Part shown: positions 37,982-48,951 of the stretch, piece by piece
Position numbering within the stretch: position 1 is the stretch's first letter
Layout of the letters: each line of letters opens with the position of its first letter
Assembly (NCBI GenBank): GCA_902799745.1
Contig: CADCBQ010000007.1
Coordinates: forward strand, 8,088 to 72,087
DNA from: Fibrobacter succinogenes
GTDB lineage: Bacteria > Fibrobacterota > Fibrobacteria > Fibrobacterales > Fibrobacteraceae
DNA length: 64,000 bases
Reading direction: 5' to 3'
The notes under the pieces: generated by a model
Seen by the model: only the letters and a program-made list of their open reading frames with translations
What the model was told of the DNA's origin: nothing
Database searches by the model: none
Position numbers and translations under genes: made by a program

Positions 37982-39253
37982 ATGAAACAGATTGTAAAGA
38001 AGACTACCCTCGATAACGGAATCACTATTTTAACAGACTACATGCCGCATGCTTATTCGGTTGCGGTTGGCGTCTGGGTGCCGCGCGGATCGCGACACGA
38101 AGCGAAAGATGAATTTGGTCTGAGTCATTTTTACGAACACTTGGTATTCAAGGGTACCGAAAATCGCAGCGCCCTTGAAATTGCCCGCGCTATCGAAGAC
38201 AAAGGCGGAAACCTGGAAGCCTACACTACCCGCCAAGAAACGGGATTCTACGCGCAAATTGAACGCAGCCACTTGCCGCTCGCCATCGACGTGATTGCAG
38301 ACATGCTCATGCACCCGCGCATGGACAAGAAGGAAATGGAAAAAGAACGCCGTGTGATTATTGAAGAAATCCACAGCTACGACGACATTCCCGAAGAAAT
38401 CGTGGGTGATGTCTTTAACGCCATCCACTTCAAGGGATGCGGCATCGCGCATTCCATTACCGGAAACATCAAGCAAGTCAAGGCGCTCACCCACAAGCAA
38501 ATGCTCAAGTACAAGGAGCAAGTCATCAACGAGATTCCGCTCCTGATTTGCGCTTCGGGCAAGGTGAATCACGAAGAACTGGTCGCCCTCTGCGCCGAAA
38601 AATTTACCGGAAAGAAAGTGAACGGCACTACGCCCACCGACATTTACAAGGCAAGCAACAGCGTCAAAGTCGTACAAAAGCAAGACATTGCACAGTCAAA
38701 CCTTTTCTGGGGCTTAAGCTTTGACCGCAGCCTGATGGATGAACGCGCCCGCTGCGCCCTTTCGCTCTTTAACGTCGCGATGGGTGCGGGCATGGCTAGC
38801 CGCCTATTCCAAAAAATTCGCGAAGACAAGGGTCTCGCCTACTCCGTGTATTCAACCGCCGACGTTTACCTCGACTGCACCGACTGGGGCGTATCTCTTG
38901 CCACCGAGCCGCACCAATTGAACACAGCACTCGAACTTTCACTCAACGAAATCAGAAGTTTCTTGAAGCGCGGATTCAACAAGGGTGAATACGAACGCAC
39001 CAAGACCAATATTCTGGGCGCCATGTACCTGGGCGCCGACAGCCCCGAAAAACGCGTCGTCCGCATGGCCGAACAAGTGCTGCACTTGGGCGAGTTCCAC
39101 ACCATGGAACAGTCCGAAAAACTAATCCAGTCTATGCCCGAAGACGAAGTTGTCGACATCACGAACCGCCTGTTTGCAGCGGCAAAGTTCTCGGCAGCAG
39201 TAATCGAGCCTGCAAGCAAGAAAAAGACGCAAATCCCGGTGCATTTTTTCTAA
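37982..39253 (+). CDS. M16 family (pitrilysin-like) zinc peptidase
   Basis: GSRHE, HFYEH (HxxEH), KGT, SRLFQKIREDKGLAYSV. Confidence 0.93.
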   Translation: MKQIVKKTTLDNGITILTDYMPHAYSVAVGVWVPRGSRHEAKDEFGLSHFYEHLVFKGTENRSALEIARAIEDKGGNLEAYTTRQETGFYAQIERSHLPLAIDVIADMLMHPRMDKKEMEKERRVIIEEIHSYDDIPEEIVGDVFNAIHFKGCGIAHSITGNIKQVKALTHKQMLKYKEQVINEIPLLICASGKVNHEELVALCAEKFTGKKVNGTTPTDIYKASNSVKVVQKQDIAQSNLFWGLSFDRSLMDERARCALSLFNVAMGAGMASRLFQKIREDKGLAYSVYSTADVYLDCTDWGVSLATEPHQLNTALELSLNEIRSFLKRGFNKGEYERTKTNILGAMYLGADSPEKRVVRMAEQVLHLGEFHTMEQSEKLIQSMPEDEVVDITNRLFAAAKFSAAVIEPASKKKTQIPVHFF

Positions 39254-39297
39254 GGTCCACAATTAATTCCTATTATTTAGGAAAATAAGGTATCACT

Positions 39298-39756
39298 ATG
39301 AGAATTTCTACCAAAGGCCGCTATGCGCTCCGCGTCATGATTGACCTTGCTCAGCACAGCAAGGACGAATACGTGAAGTTACAGGAACTTGCCGAAAGGC
39401 AGCAAATTTCTGAAAAATACCTTGAAGGCATTTTAGGTTCGCTCGTTCGCGGAAAACTGCTTACAGGCGCCCGCGGCAAGGCCGGTGGTTACAGGCTCAA
39501 CTGCGAACCGGCCAACTGCAGCGTGTGGCAGATTCTTTCGGTTGTCGAAACATCGGTTTCTCCCGTTGCCTGTCTCGACGAAAAGGAAAACTCCTGCGAA
39601 CGCGCCGACATTTGTATTACGCTCCCGGTATGGAAAGAGCTCCATTCCATGATCAAGGATTACCTGGATGGGGTCAAACTGGACCAATTTTTGCGTAACA
39701 GTCCCAAGGCCAAGGGTAAAATCCCTGGTGGAAAGAACTGGAACTGCGGTTTATAA
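39298..39756 (+). CDS. Rrf2 family transcriptional regulator (CymR/IscR-like)
   Basis: ISTKGRYALR.M.DLA, ISEKYLE, RG..GGY.L, three Cys (C..C..C). Confidence 0.93.
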   Translation: MRISTKGRYALRVMIDLAQHSKDEYVKLQELAERQQISEKYLEGILGSLVRGKLLTGARGKAGGYRLNCEPANCSVWQILSVVETSVSPVACLDEKENSCERADICITLPVWKELHSMIKDYLDGVKLDQFLRNSPKAKGKIPGGKNWNCGL

Positions 39757-39954
39757 CGCTTTCACACTTCTTTTTCCGACCGCTAGCTATAGCTAAAAAC
39801 TATTAGTAAGAAAATTGTAAGCAAATTTCTCGTCCATCTCGATAATTTCCTATTTAAAGGGTAGGAAAATATTCTAATTTACAAGCAAATCAACAAAACA
39901 AACAAAAAACCGAAGATTTAACTAATTTTTCGAGAAACAAAAAGGACTTCAACA

Positions 39955-40881
39955 ATGTCAAAGATCTATACCTCTGCCGACCAGCTCATCGGTCACACCC
40001 CGCTCCTCGAACTCACCCACATTGAAGCAGGCCTTGGAGCCAAGATTCTCGCTAAGCTCGAATACTTCAACCCCGCAGGTTCCGTTAAGGACCGCGTTGC
40101 TAAAGCCATGCTCGATGACGCCGAAAAGAGCGGCAAGCTCAAGGCCGGTTCCGTGATTATCGAACCGACTTCGGGTAACACCGGTATTGGTCTTGCATCT
40201 GTCGCTGCAGCACGTGGCTACCGCATCATCATCGTGATGCCCGAAACCATGAGCGTGGAACGCCGCCAGATTATGAAGGCTTACGGTGCAGAACTCGTGC
40301 TGACCGAAGGCGCCAAGGGCATGAAGGGCGCTATCGAAAAGGCCGATGAACTCGCCAAGGAAATCCCGAACAGCTTTATTCCGGGCCAGTTTGTGAACCC
40401 GGCTAACCCGGCCGCCCACAAGGCAACCACCGGTCCCGAAATCTGGGAAGACACCGATGGCAAGGTCGATATCTTTGTAGCCGGTGTCGGTACTGGTGGT
40501 ACGGTGACTGGCGTAGGCGAATACCTCAAGTCCAAGAATCCGAACGTGAAGGTTGTCGCTGTCGAACCGGCAAGCTCTCCGGTGCTTACCAAGGGTACTG
40601 CTGGCGCCCACAAGATCCAGGGTATCGGCGCAGGCTTTGTTCCTGAAACCTTGAACACCAAGGTGTACGACGAAGTAATCGCTGTCGAAAACGAAGCCGC
40701 CTTCGAAGCCGGTCGCGAAATCGGCAAGAAGGAAGGCGTACTCGTTGGCATTTCTTCTGGCGCCGCTCTCTGGGCCGCCAAGGAACTCGCGAAGCGCCCG
40801 GAAAACAAGGGCAAGACGATTGTTGCACTCCTCCCGGATACCGGCGACCGTTACCTCTCCACCGCCCTCTTCGCAGAATAA
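39955..40881 (+). CDS. cysK: Cysteine synthase A
   Basis: NPAGSVKDR (PLP Lys), [31 protein letters not shown]. Confidence 0.97.
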   Translation: MSKIYTSADQLIGHTPLLELTHIEAGLGAKILAKLEYFNPAGSVKDRVAKAMLDDAEKSGKLKAGSVIIEPTSGNTGIGLASVAAARGYRIIIVMPETMSVERRQIMKAYGAELVLTEGAKGMKGAIEKADELAKEIPNSFIPGQFVNPANPAAHKATTGPEIWEDTDGKVDIFVAGVGTGGTVTGVGEYLKSKNPNVKVVAVEPASSPVLTKGTAGAHKIQGIGAGFVPETLNTKVYDEVIAVENEAAFEAGREIGKKEGVLVGISSGAALWAAKELAKRPENKGKTIVALLPDTGDRYLSTALFAE

Positions 40882-41057
40882 TTTTCACAGAATTATTACT
40901 TTATTTACAACAACGCCCATTAGAAATTATCTAATGGGTATTTTATTTATTTGTAGCGAGACAAATATTCCATCGTTAGATAAAATACAAACGGCAAGAT
41001 AACAAAAGCGTCGGCCAAGGATGGGCAACCTGTGTTTATTTTCTACATTTTTTCAAA

Positions 41058-41696
41058 ATGCATTTCAAGAACATTATCTTTGATTTAGGCGGAGTCATTC
41101 TCGACATCAACATGCAGAAAGCCCTAAACGGCTTTGCCGTACTCGGGCTCCCCGAAAGCGAACTCCGCTTCGATGTAGGTGAAGCCGCCGACTTGATGCA
41201 CCGTTACCAGCTCGGACATTTTTCTACCGAAGAATTCTGCAAACTCGTTGCAGCAAGATGCAATCCGGGCACAACTCCCGAACAAGTCGCAAACGCCTGG
41301 AACAGCATTTGCCTTGGCATTCCGGAACGAAAACAGAACGCCATCAAGGCTCTCAAGCAACGTGCAAACGTCTACCTGCTCAGCAACACCAACGACCTAC
41401 ACTGGCAATACTGCCTAGACCATTGGTTCAACGCAAACGGTAACCGCTGCGAAGACTTTTTCCATCAAGTGTTTTTAAGCCAGGACCTGCACCTAGAGAA
41501 GCCGCACGCCGAAATTTTCGAACACGTCATCACGACAATCAACGCCGTCCGCGGCACAGAATCATCGGACACAATCTTCCTTGACGATAATCTCGATAAC
41601 GTAAATGCCGCAAAAAATTGCGGCATTCAAGCGGTGCAAATCACACCCGATGTAGACTGGATTGAACACTTCGATTCGCTAAACTACATCGCCTGA
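41058..41696 (+). CDS. HAD family phosphatase (YihX-like)
   Basis: FDLGGV, LSNTN, KP, FLDD...NV. Confidence 0.9.
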   Translation: MHFKNIIFDLGGVILDINMQKALNGFAVLGLPESELRFDVGEAADLMHRYQLGHFSTEEFCKLVAARCNPGTTPEQVANAWNSICLGIPERKQNAIKALKQRANVYLLSNTNDLHWQYCLDHWFNANGNRCEDFFHQVFLSQDLHLEKPHAEIFEHVITTINAVRGTESSDTIFLDDNLDNVNAAKNCGIQAVQITPDVDWIEHFDSLNYIA

Positions 41697-42859
41697 TAGA
41701 TTTTGAAAATTGCGAGAATCTTTCCGATAATCGCAGGAATACCCGGACACAAGAAGCAGAGAATCACGCGCGTCACGCGGTTTTTCCACCAGCGCTTGAC
41801 CTGCCAAATGTCGTCGGTCAAGGTTTCCATTTCAGACACTCGCGGCGGGCGCATGTAAACCTGCGTAAGCGCCGTAAAGAAGCCGACACCAATCAGCGGC
41901 GTAAGTCCTGTAAACGGAGCCGCTACAAGAGCCACCAAAACCGTAAGCGGATGACCGCCAGCAACAATAGTGCCGAGCATGGCGCCACCACCGGTGAGCA
42001 TCGCCCACTGCAAGCTAAGTTCACCCGCCTTTTCAGCACCGGTATGAACACCGACAGCGATAATGCTTGCAACAATTGCGATAGGAATCGCCCAGCCAAT
42101 AATCTTCCAAATCGGAGCGCTCTTCGGAATCACGCTAATGGATTCTTCACTAGGGAGTTCACGGTTTTCTTCGATAATGTGCGCAATGCCGTTCATGTGG
42201 CCTGCACCCACGACCGCCACAATCTTTTTGCCCGGAGCGTTCTTGATTTTGCTAGCGAGAAACTGGTCGCGTTCATCGATTAGCACCTGCTTGACTTCGG
42301 GGAAAGTCTTTCCGAAATCCTGCATCATGGCGCTCAAAGCGTCTTGTTCCTTGATCTTGGCCAAGTCTTCTTCGCTAACTTCGGTCTTGTCGAAAATGCT
42401 TGCGATGAGTCCGCCCAAGAGACTCAGCTTGCGGTACCAAGGCGTACATGCCCAAGTGCGCTTAAGGGTAATCTTGATATCACGGTCGGCAAGCACCAAT
42501 TCGGCATTTTTTTCGGCAGCGACATCAACCGCTTCTTTAAGTTCGGACCCCGGCTTTACACCCGTCTGCGCGCCCATGCGCTTTTGGTAAGACCCGAGCA
42601 CCAAGTTTGCAATCAGCGTTGCCAGCTGTTTTTTCTTGATAACTTGTTTTAAATCCGTCTTTTTCCAGCGGTCCGGGTCCTTGATGGAATTCAAGCGTCC
42701 TTCATCCAATTCCACACAAACTGTATCCGGCGATTCAGCTTCAATCGTTGCCCGAACCAGGTCCTTGGAGGCCTGGGAAATATGGGCGGTACCAATTAGA
42801 ATAAGTTCTCTATCGTCTTTTTTAATGCGGTAAATGTCGGATTTTTCGTTCATCGCCAT
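41684..42859 (-). CDS. TraB/GumN (pheromone shutdown-like) membrane protein
   Basis: GTAHIS, VELDEGR, PGSE, DR, ERD, VVGAGH, C-terminal TM helices. Confidence 0.9.
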   Translation of the reverse strand: MAMNEKSDIYRIKKDDRELILIGTAHISQASKDLVRATIEAESPDTVCVELDEGRLNSIKDPDRWKKTDLKQVIKKKQLATLIANLVLGSYQKRMGAQTGVKPGSELKEAVDVAAEKNAELVLADRDIKITLKRTWACTPWYRKLSLLGGLIASIFDKTEVSEEDLAKIKEQDALSAMMQDFGKTFPEVKQVLIDERDQFLASKIKNAPGKKIVAVVGAGHMNGIAHIIEENRELPSEESISVIPKSAPIWKIIGWAIPIAIVASIIAVGVHTGAEKAGELSLQWAMLTGGGAMLGTIVAGGHPLTVLVALVAAPFTGLTPLIGVGFFTALTQVYMRPPRVSEMETLTDDIWQVKRWWKNRVTRVILCFLCPGIPAIIGKILAIFKIYQAM

Positions 42860-42974
42860 AAATGATAGCAAGAAAATGGCTCGCACATTGCAAAAAAATG
42901 ATTATTTTTTGTTGACTTTATAAAAAAATGTTTATATTTATATGGAATTTTTGTTTTTTCGGAGGTTTGGCCTT

Positions 42975-43586
42975 ATGAAAAAAATTTTAGCATATCTTTC
43001 TTTGGCAGCGCTGGTTCTGACCGGCTGTGCAGGTTCTAGGTCTGATGACCCGGAAGCTCTGGACAACGCATTGGTCGGATTCACGTCTTGCGTGCAGGGT
43101 TCACGCTGGCAGGAAGCTCTTGAATACGTAACACCGAGCGAAGCCGATGTTATCGCTACCTCTGACGGCTACGAATTCAAGGATGAATACAAGACTGCCG
43201 CCCGCAGACTTCCGCTTTCGACACTCCGCAGAGCTGGCCTCCAGGTTGATGGCCGCGGTCGCTTGGTTGGCATCAAGGACGCCATGGACGAAGCTAATGG
43301 TCGCTACGTGATGTCCGAAGATCAGGCCAAGGTTGGCACCAACCTCAAGCAGATGGAAGACGAACGCGTGAAGCGCCGCATTGAACAGGGTCAGAAGATT
43401 CTTCAGGAAGAAGAGGAAGAAGCTAACCAGGAACAAGAAGAAATCGTCTATTCCAACAAGCTGACCGACGAAGAAAAGCGTAAGTACGGCAGCACCCGCG
43501 ATTTGCAGGCTCCGGAAGCTTACGAAGACGAAAGCACGCAGGAAGCTGAAGAAGCTCTCTACGGTGGCGACTACGAAAATCCGTAA
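42975..43586 (+). CDS. Hypothetical lipoprotein
   Basis: SD GGAGG; lipobox LTGC; acidic coiled coil. Confidence 0.8.
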   Translation: MKKILAYLSLAALVLTGCAGSRSDDPEALDNALVGFTSCVQGSRWQEALEYVTPSEADVIATSDGYEFKDEYKTAARRLPLSTLRRAGLQVDGRGRLVGIKDAMDEANGRYVMSEDQAKVGTNLKQMEDERVKRRIEQGQKILQEEEEEANQEQEEIVYSNKLTDEEKRKYGSTRDLQAPEAYEDESTQEAEEALYGGDYENP

Positions 43587-44050
43587 TGGTTAACCTGCTT
43601 CACAAAAATTTCACAAAGACGGCGCTTTTCAAGGCGTCGTTTTTTGCAGTATTGCTTGCGGCTCTGTTAAACCTTGTCGCATGCGACCTGGGCCCCGATC
43701 CAAACGCAGACGGAGCTCGTTTCAACAGACGTTTTCACTACTACTATGTACAGGATTGCCGCTTTGATGCAATCAGTGCATATGACTGCGGACCGATTCA
43801 TTCCATAAGCCCTTCGATGACAGTCGGTCTCAGAATCGACAGCGACGGACTGGCCACCTTGAACCTTGACGGAGACCGCTACTATTACCTGGAATCAGAA
43901 TATAGCGAAGGGTTTGACGAAGAATACGGCCGATATTTCCACTTTTATCAGGATGATGACGAACTGACGGTCTATAAGGACGGTTTCACCATGGCTTATT
44001 GGGACAATAATAGCAGACTCGTAACCTTTTACTTCTACGACCTGTACTAG
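43586..44050 (+). CDS. Hypothetical lipoprotein
   Basis: TAATG coupling to the previous gene; lipobox LVAC. Confidence 0.65.
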   Translation: MVNLLHKNFTKTALFKASFFAVLLAALLNLVACDLGPDPNADGARFNRRFHYYYVQDCRFDAISAYDCGPIHSISPSMTVGLRIDSDGLATLNLDGDRYYYLESEYSEGFDEEYGRYFHFYQDDDELTVYKDGFTMAYWDNNSRLVTFYFYDLY

Positions 44051-44074
44051 TTTTTTACTAAATTTGTTCCACTC

Positions 44075-44743
44075 ATGAGCAATTCTGAAAAATTTGTCAT
44101 CGCCCTTGATGGCGGTTCGGGTACCGGCAAGAGTACCACTGCAAAAATCGTTGCAAAGACTTTAGGTATTACCTATCTGGACACTGGCGCCATGTACCGC
44201 GCCGTGACGCTTGCCGCCCTCGACGCAGGACTTGCTGCCGAAGAAGGCCCCGCCATGGACAAATTGCTCGAAAACCTGACCCTCGGGTTCGATTCCGAAA
44301 ATCACATTCTCATTAACGGTGTCTGCCGCGAAAACGAAATCCGTGGCATGAAGGTATCGAGCAACGTGAGCATCTACTGCGCACTCCCGTCGGTCCGTGC
44401 CGCCATGACCAAGCAGCAGCGCGAAATCGGCAAGAAGCAGAGTTGCATTCTGGATGGCCGCGACATCGGAACCGTGGTGTTCCCCGATGCCAAGTACAAG
44501 TTTTTCATGGTCACAGACGTTAAAGTCCGTGCCGAACGCCGCTACAAGGAACTCCTTGAAAAGGGCGAAAAGGTGACTCTCGAAGAAGTCCTCAACAACC
44601 TGGTCGAACGCGACCGCCTGGATTCTTCGCGCGCTACCGCCCCGTTAAAGAAAGCGGACGACGCTATTGAAATTGACACTACACACATCTCAATCCAACA
44701 ACAGGTTCAAAAGATTCTTGACTACGTAGGTGTAGTGGCGTAG
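44075..44743 (+). CDS. cmk: Cytidylate kinase
   Basis: DGGSGTGKST, YLDTGAMYR, DGRDIGTVVFPDA; upstream of rpsA. Confidence 0.96.
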   Translation: MSNSEKFVIALDGGSGTGKSTTAKIVAKTLGITYLDTGAMYRAVTLAALDAGLAAEEGPAMDKLLENLTLGFDSENHILINGVCRENEIRGMKVSSNVSIYCALPSVRAAMTKQQREIGKKQSCILDGRDIGTVVFPDAKYKFFMVTDVKVRAERRYKELLEKGEKVTLEEVLNNLVERDRLDSSRATAPLKKADDAIEIDTTHISIQQQVQKILDYVGVVA

Positions 44744-44778
44744 CCTGAATCCTTTGTTCCACAACCCAATTAAACAAT

Positions 44779-46545
44779 ATGTCTCAAAATCTCAAATTCG
44801 GTACCGCTGAAGATCTCGCTGAAATCCTCGCCGCTCAGGGCGAATGCAGCCCCGACTTCCGTAAGCAGAACGCTGACGTTTACGCCGGCATGGATTGCCT
44901 CGAACAGGGCAAGCTCGTCACTGGTAAGATTAGCCAGGTGAACGACCAGGAAGTCTTGATCGACGTGAACTACAAGTCCGAAGGTGTCATTGACCGTGCT
45001 GAATTCAAGGACACGGACTCCCTCGAAATCGGTTCCGAAATCGAAGTGTTTGTTGAAAAGCTCGAAGATGAAGACGGCCGTCTCATCTTGTCGAAGCAGA
45101 AGGCCGACTTCGTGCGCGTGTGGGATCGCATCCACGCTGCATTCGAAAACAACGAAGTCGTGCGCGGTACGCTCACGAAGCGTATCAAGGGCGGTGTGGT
45201 TGTCGACCTGTTCGGCATCGACGCCTTCCTCCCGGGTTCCCAGATCGACCTCCGTCAGATCCCGGACATCAACGCCCTCATCGGTCAGGATTTCGACCTC
45301 AAGGTTATCAAGGTCAACAAGGCTCGCCGCAACATCGTCGTTTCTCGCCGTGTTGTTCTCGAAGAAGAACGCAACAAGCAGCGTGGCGACGTTCTCGAAA
45401 CTCTCGAGAAGGGTCAGGTCCGCAAGGGTATCGTCAAGAACATCACCGACTTCGGTGCATTCATTGACCTCGGCGGCGTAGACGGCCTCCTCCACATCAC
45501 CGACATGAGCTACAAGCGCATCAACCACCCGACCGAATTGCTCCAGCTCGGCCAGGAAGTCGAAGTTATGGTTCTCGACTTCAACGACAAGAAGGAACGT
45601 ATCTCTCTCGGCATGAAGCAGCTTAAGCCGCATCCGTGGAAGGATATCGCCGAACGTTATCCGGAAGGCGCTATCGTTAAGGGTAAGGTTGTTTCCATTA
45701 CCGATTACGGTGCATTCGTTGAACTGGATAGCGGCGTTGAAGGCCTCATCCACGTTTCCGAAATGTCCTGGACTCAGCATGTCAAGCACCCGTCCAAGAT
45801 CCTCACCGTTGGTCAGGAAGTTGAAGCTGTCGTGCTCAAGGTTGAAGAAGATGCAGAACGTATCTCTCTCGGCATGAAGCAGCTCGAATCTGATCCGTGG
45901 GATTCTATCGAAACCGAACTTCCGCCGGGTGCCCGCGTGGTTGGTGAAATCCGCAACATCGCTTCCTTCGGCGCATTCGTCGAAATCAAGGAAGGTGTTG
46001 ATGGCCTCATCCACGTTTCCGACATGTCCTGGACCAAGAAGATCACTCACCCGAACGAAATGGTCAAGAAGGGTGACAAGGTTGAATGCGTCGTGCTCGC
46101 TGTCGATAAGGAAAAGCGTCGTATTTCCCTCTCCATGAAGCACCTCACCGAAGATCCGTGGGATACCATTGATTCTACCTACCCGGTGAACAGCGAAGTG
46201 AAGGGCAAGATCGTTCGCATGCTCGACCGCGGCGTCGTGGTTGAACTCGCTGACGGTATCGAAGGCTTCATCCCGGTTTCCAAGCTCACCGCTGAATACA
46301 TCAAGGTTCCGGCCGATGCATTCAAGGTTGGCGACGAAGTTCCGGCTGTCGTGACCGAAATCGATCAGAACAACCGTAAGATCTTCCTCTCTGTGGTTGA
46401 CTACTTCAAGAACCGTGAATCCGCTGAGCTCAAGGCTTGGATGGACTCTCACAAGCCGGGCGAATCTGGCACCACCATCGGTGAAGCTACCGCCCCGAAG
46501 AAGAAGGCTTCCAAGAAGAAGGCTGACGCTGAAGCCGAAGCTTAA
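44779..46545 (+). CDS. rpsA: 30S ribosomal protein S1
   Basis: Six S1 repeats (FGAF...G.DGL.H.S..SW). Confidence 0.97.
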   Translation: MSQNLKFGTAEDLAEILAAQGECSPDFRKQNADVYAGMDCLEQGKLVTGKISQVNDQEVLIDVNYKSEGVIDRAEFKDTDSLEIGSEIEVFVEKLEDEDGRLILSKQKADFVRVWDRIHAAFENNEVVRGTLTKRIKGGVVVDLFGIDAFLPGSQIDLRQIPDINALIGQDFDLKVIKVNKARRNIVVSRRVVLEEERNKQRGDVLETLEKGQVRKGIVKNITDFGAFIDLGGVDGLLHITDMSYKRINHPTELLQLGQEVEVMVLDFNDKKERISLGMKQLKPHPWKDIAERYPEGAIVKGKVVSITDYGAFVELDSGVEGLIHVSEMSWTQHVKHPSKILTVGQEVEAVVLKVEEDAERISLGMKQLESDPWDSIETELPPGARVVGEIRNIASFGAFVEIKEGVDGLIHVSDMSWTKKITHPNEMVKKGDKVECVVLAVDKEKRRISLSMKHLTEDPWDTIDSTYPVNSEVKGKIVRMLDRGVVVELADGIEGFIPVSKLTAEYIKVPADAFKVGDEVPAVVTEIDQNNRKIFLSVVDYFKNRESAELKAWMDSHKPGESGTTIGEATAPKKKASKKKADAEAEA

Positions 46546-46573
46546 TTAGCTTCTTCAAAAGCACAAAGCTTTA

Positions 46574-46610
46574 AGGAACCCTGCGATGAAAGTCGCGGGG
46601 TTTCTTTTTT
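46574..46610 (+). terminator. rpsA terminator fused to the next promoter box
   Basis: AGGAACCCTGCGAT-GAAA-GTCGCGGGGTTTCTTTTTT, then TATCTTTG at 46610-46617. Confidence 0.85.
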
Positions 46611-46622
46611 ATCTTTGGCACC

Positions 46623-47642
46623 ATGGGAAGAATCGCATGGATAGACAACTGCAAGGCTCTAGCGATAAGCATTGTCGTTTTGGGCCACCTTGAATCAATC
46701 TACCTTGTGAACGAGGTTCTCTTTTCGTTTGCGATGCCCGCCTTCTTTTTTCTTTCTGGCTATACATTCAAGCGGTCCGCAAGCGCACCGTTTATCGAAT
46801 TTATCCGGAAAAAATTCCGTAGCCTCATCATCCCCTATTTTGGTTTTTCGGCAATCCTGTTCGCCTTTTGGTTTTTGGTCCGCCGGAATTTCGGCTTGAC
46901 CGGACAACAGCCCGGAATTACGGTGCCTGACGTGCTATTGCAAATTGTCCACGGAGTGAACAGCGCATCTTTCGTGACTCCGCTATGGTTCCTAACAGGC
47001 CTTTTCGTGACCGAGTTGTTCTTTTGGGGACTGCAGAAGTTCATAAAGAAACAGCCCGCTATTTGGGCTATAATTCTAGTCCTTTTCGGTTTCGGAATTT
47101 ATTACTGGTTCTACATGGACATCCAGCATTTTTCGCATGCCTTTTGGAACATTGATCAAGCCTGTTTTTACCTTTACTTTTTGAGCATCGGTTTTGCATT
47201 TTCGAGCCGCAATTTAGCCGAGCGTTTGTTTTGCAACCTAAAGCGAAACCTTACGACCGCGCTCGTTTTGTCGGCGGTGTTCATAGTTGCTTTTATCGCC
47301 CGAGAAAGCACCACAACCACTTGGCAAATCTTGCTGTTTCAAGCCGTCATGTGTAACGCTAGTTTGTTCGCATTCATCGCCATCGGGAACGCGATTCCGC
47401 AAAACAAAATTCTGAATTTTATCGGGCAGAATACCCTTACGATTCTTGCACTGCACATTATAGTGCAAAGTCTCTTGCGCGGCACCTTGCTTAAAGCGGT
47501 TCACCTGGATCCGGAGCTGTTGCAGAATTCACTAGGACTAAGCCTCCTGCTGACTCTCGTGACACTTGCCGCACTCGTTCCCGCGATTCTATTGATAAAC
47601 CGATTTATCCCGTGGTTAGCCGGGAAACGCAAAGTCAGATAA
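46623..47642 (+). CDS. Acyltransferase-3 family membrane protein
   Basis: RIAWID..K...I..VVLGH, F.MPAFFFLSGY, LWFL, GQNTL.I...H. Confidence 0.9.
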   Translation: MGRIAWIDNCKALAISIVVLGHLESIYLVNEVLFSFAMPAFFFLSGYTFKRSASAPFIEFIRKKFRSLIIPYFGFSAILFAFWFLVRRNFGLTGQQPGITVPDVLLQIVHGVNSASFVTPLWFLTGLFVTELFFWGLQKFIKKQPAIWAIILVLFGFGIYYWFYMDIQHFSHAFWNIDQACFYLYFLSIGFAFSSRNLAERLFCNLKRNLTTALVLSAVFIVAFIARESTTTTWQILLFQAVMCNASLFAFIAIGNAIPQNKILNFIGQNTLTILALHIIVQSLLRGTLLKAVHLDPELLQNSLGLSLLLTLVTLAALVPAILLINRFIPWLAGKRKVR

Positions 47643-47667
47643 GTCCGCAATTTCTAATTTTCATTCC

Positions 47668-48951
47668 ATGAACCTCGCTGGAAAGAAAATTTTGCTCGGA
47701 GTCTCGGGCGGCATTGCCGTGTACAAGAGTTGCGAGCTATTGCGCCTATTGCAGAAGAAGGGCGCCGAAGTGCGCGTGTGCATGACCGATGCGGCAACTG
47801 AATTCGTTGCGCCGCTGACTTTTGCAAGCCTTAGCAAGTGTCCTGTGTACCTGAAGAACGGCGCCGTCGAGGCGCGCCCCTTCCAGCATATTGATTTTCC
47901 GCGTTGGGCAGACCTTTACCTGGTAGTGCCCGCGACCGCGAATGTCATCGGGAAATTCGCCTGCGGTATCGCCGACGATCCGGTGAGCCTTTGCTTTATG
48001 AGCTGCACGTGTCCGCGCGTGATTGCACCCGCGATGAACGTGGCCATGTACAATTCTCCGGCAGTTAAGCGCAACCTTGAAATTTTGCGCGGTTTTGAAA
48101 ATACAACCGTACTTGAATCCCCTGCGGGTGAACTCGCCTGCGGTGAAGTCGGACAAGGTCGCTTGATGGAACCGGCCGAGATTGTGAAGTGGTTGGAGAC
48201 GAGAGACGAAACGCGAGTGGCGATAGGCGAAAAGGTTCAATGCGAACCGCCCGCAGTTCCTGTCGCACAAGATGTTCCGCCGACACAAGACGCAAGCCTT
48301 CCCGGCTACGGCAAGAAAATCCTGTTGACCGCAGGCCGTACCGAAGAAGCGATTGACCCGGTGCGCTATATCAGCAATCGCAGCAGCGGAAAGACCGCAG
48401 TGGCGCTCGCCTCGGTGTTCTACGCCAACGGTTTTGAAGTCGAAGTTGTCGCCGGTCCAATGGAAGCTGAATTTCCGAAAGGCGTTCACGTGACTAAAAT
48501 CAGAAGCGCCCGCAACATGCACGACGCCGTCCTTGAACGAATGAAGAGCGCAAGCGTGCTCGTTCACTGCGCCGCCGTCGCCGACTACCGTCCGAAAGTC
48601 GCCGCGACCGAAAAAATCAAGGATAGCCGCAGCCAGCTGATTCTGGAACTGGAACCGAACCCGAATATTTTGCGAGATAGCGTCGCCCAAAAACGCGACG
48701 ATCAAGTGATTGTCGGATTCGCGCTTGAAACCGACCACTTCGAAGAACACGCCGCCGAAAAGCTTGCAAAGAGCGGCGCCGACGCATTGCTTTTGAACGC
48801 CCCTGTGGCCGCCGACTCTGGCTTCGGCCGCGACTGCGTGCGGTTCGCCCTGGTGGAAAAGGGCAAGCCCGTTCCACAGCTCGCCATGGGCGAGAAGGTC
48901 GATTTGGCCGAGACGATTTTGAACTTTTGCCTGGAGCGCCTGAATGGCTGA
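47668..48951 (+). CDS. coaBC: Bifunctional phosphopantothenoylcysteine decarboxylase/ligase
   Basis: GGIA.YK, PATAN, PAMN, LACGE.G.GR, TAG.T.E.IDPVRYISNRSSGK, AAVADY, GFALET. Confidence 0.96.
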   Translation: MNLAGKKILLGVSGGIAVYKSCELLRLLQKKGAEVRVCMTDAATEFVAPLTFASLSKCPVYLKNGAVEARPFQHIDFPRWADLYLVVPATANVIGKFACGIADDPVSLCFMSCTCPRVIAPAMNVAMYNSPAVKRNLEILRGFENTTVLESPAGELACGEVGQGRLMEPAEIVKWLETRDETRVAIGEKVQCEPPAVPVAQDVPPTQDASLPGYGKKILLTAGRTEEAIDPVRYISNRSSGKTAVALASVFYANGFEVEVVAGPMEAEFPKGVHVTKIRSARNMHDAVLERMKSASVLVHCAAVADYRPKVAATEKIKDSRSQLILELEPNPNILRDSVAQKRDDQVIVGFALETDHFEEHAAEKLAKSGADALLLNAPVAADSGFGRDCVRFALVEKGKPVPQLAMGEKVDLAETILNFCLERLNG

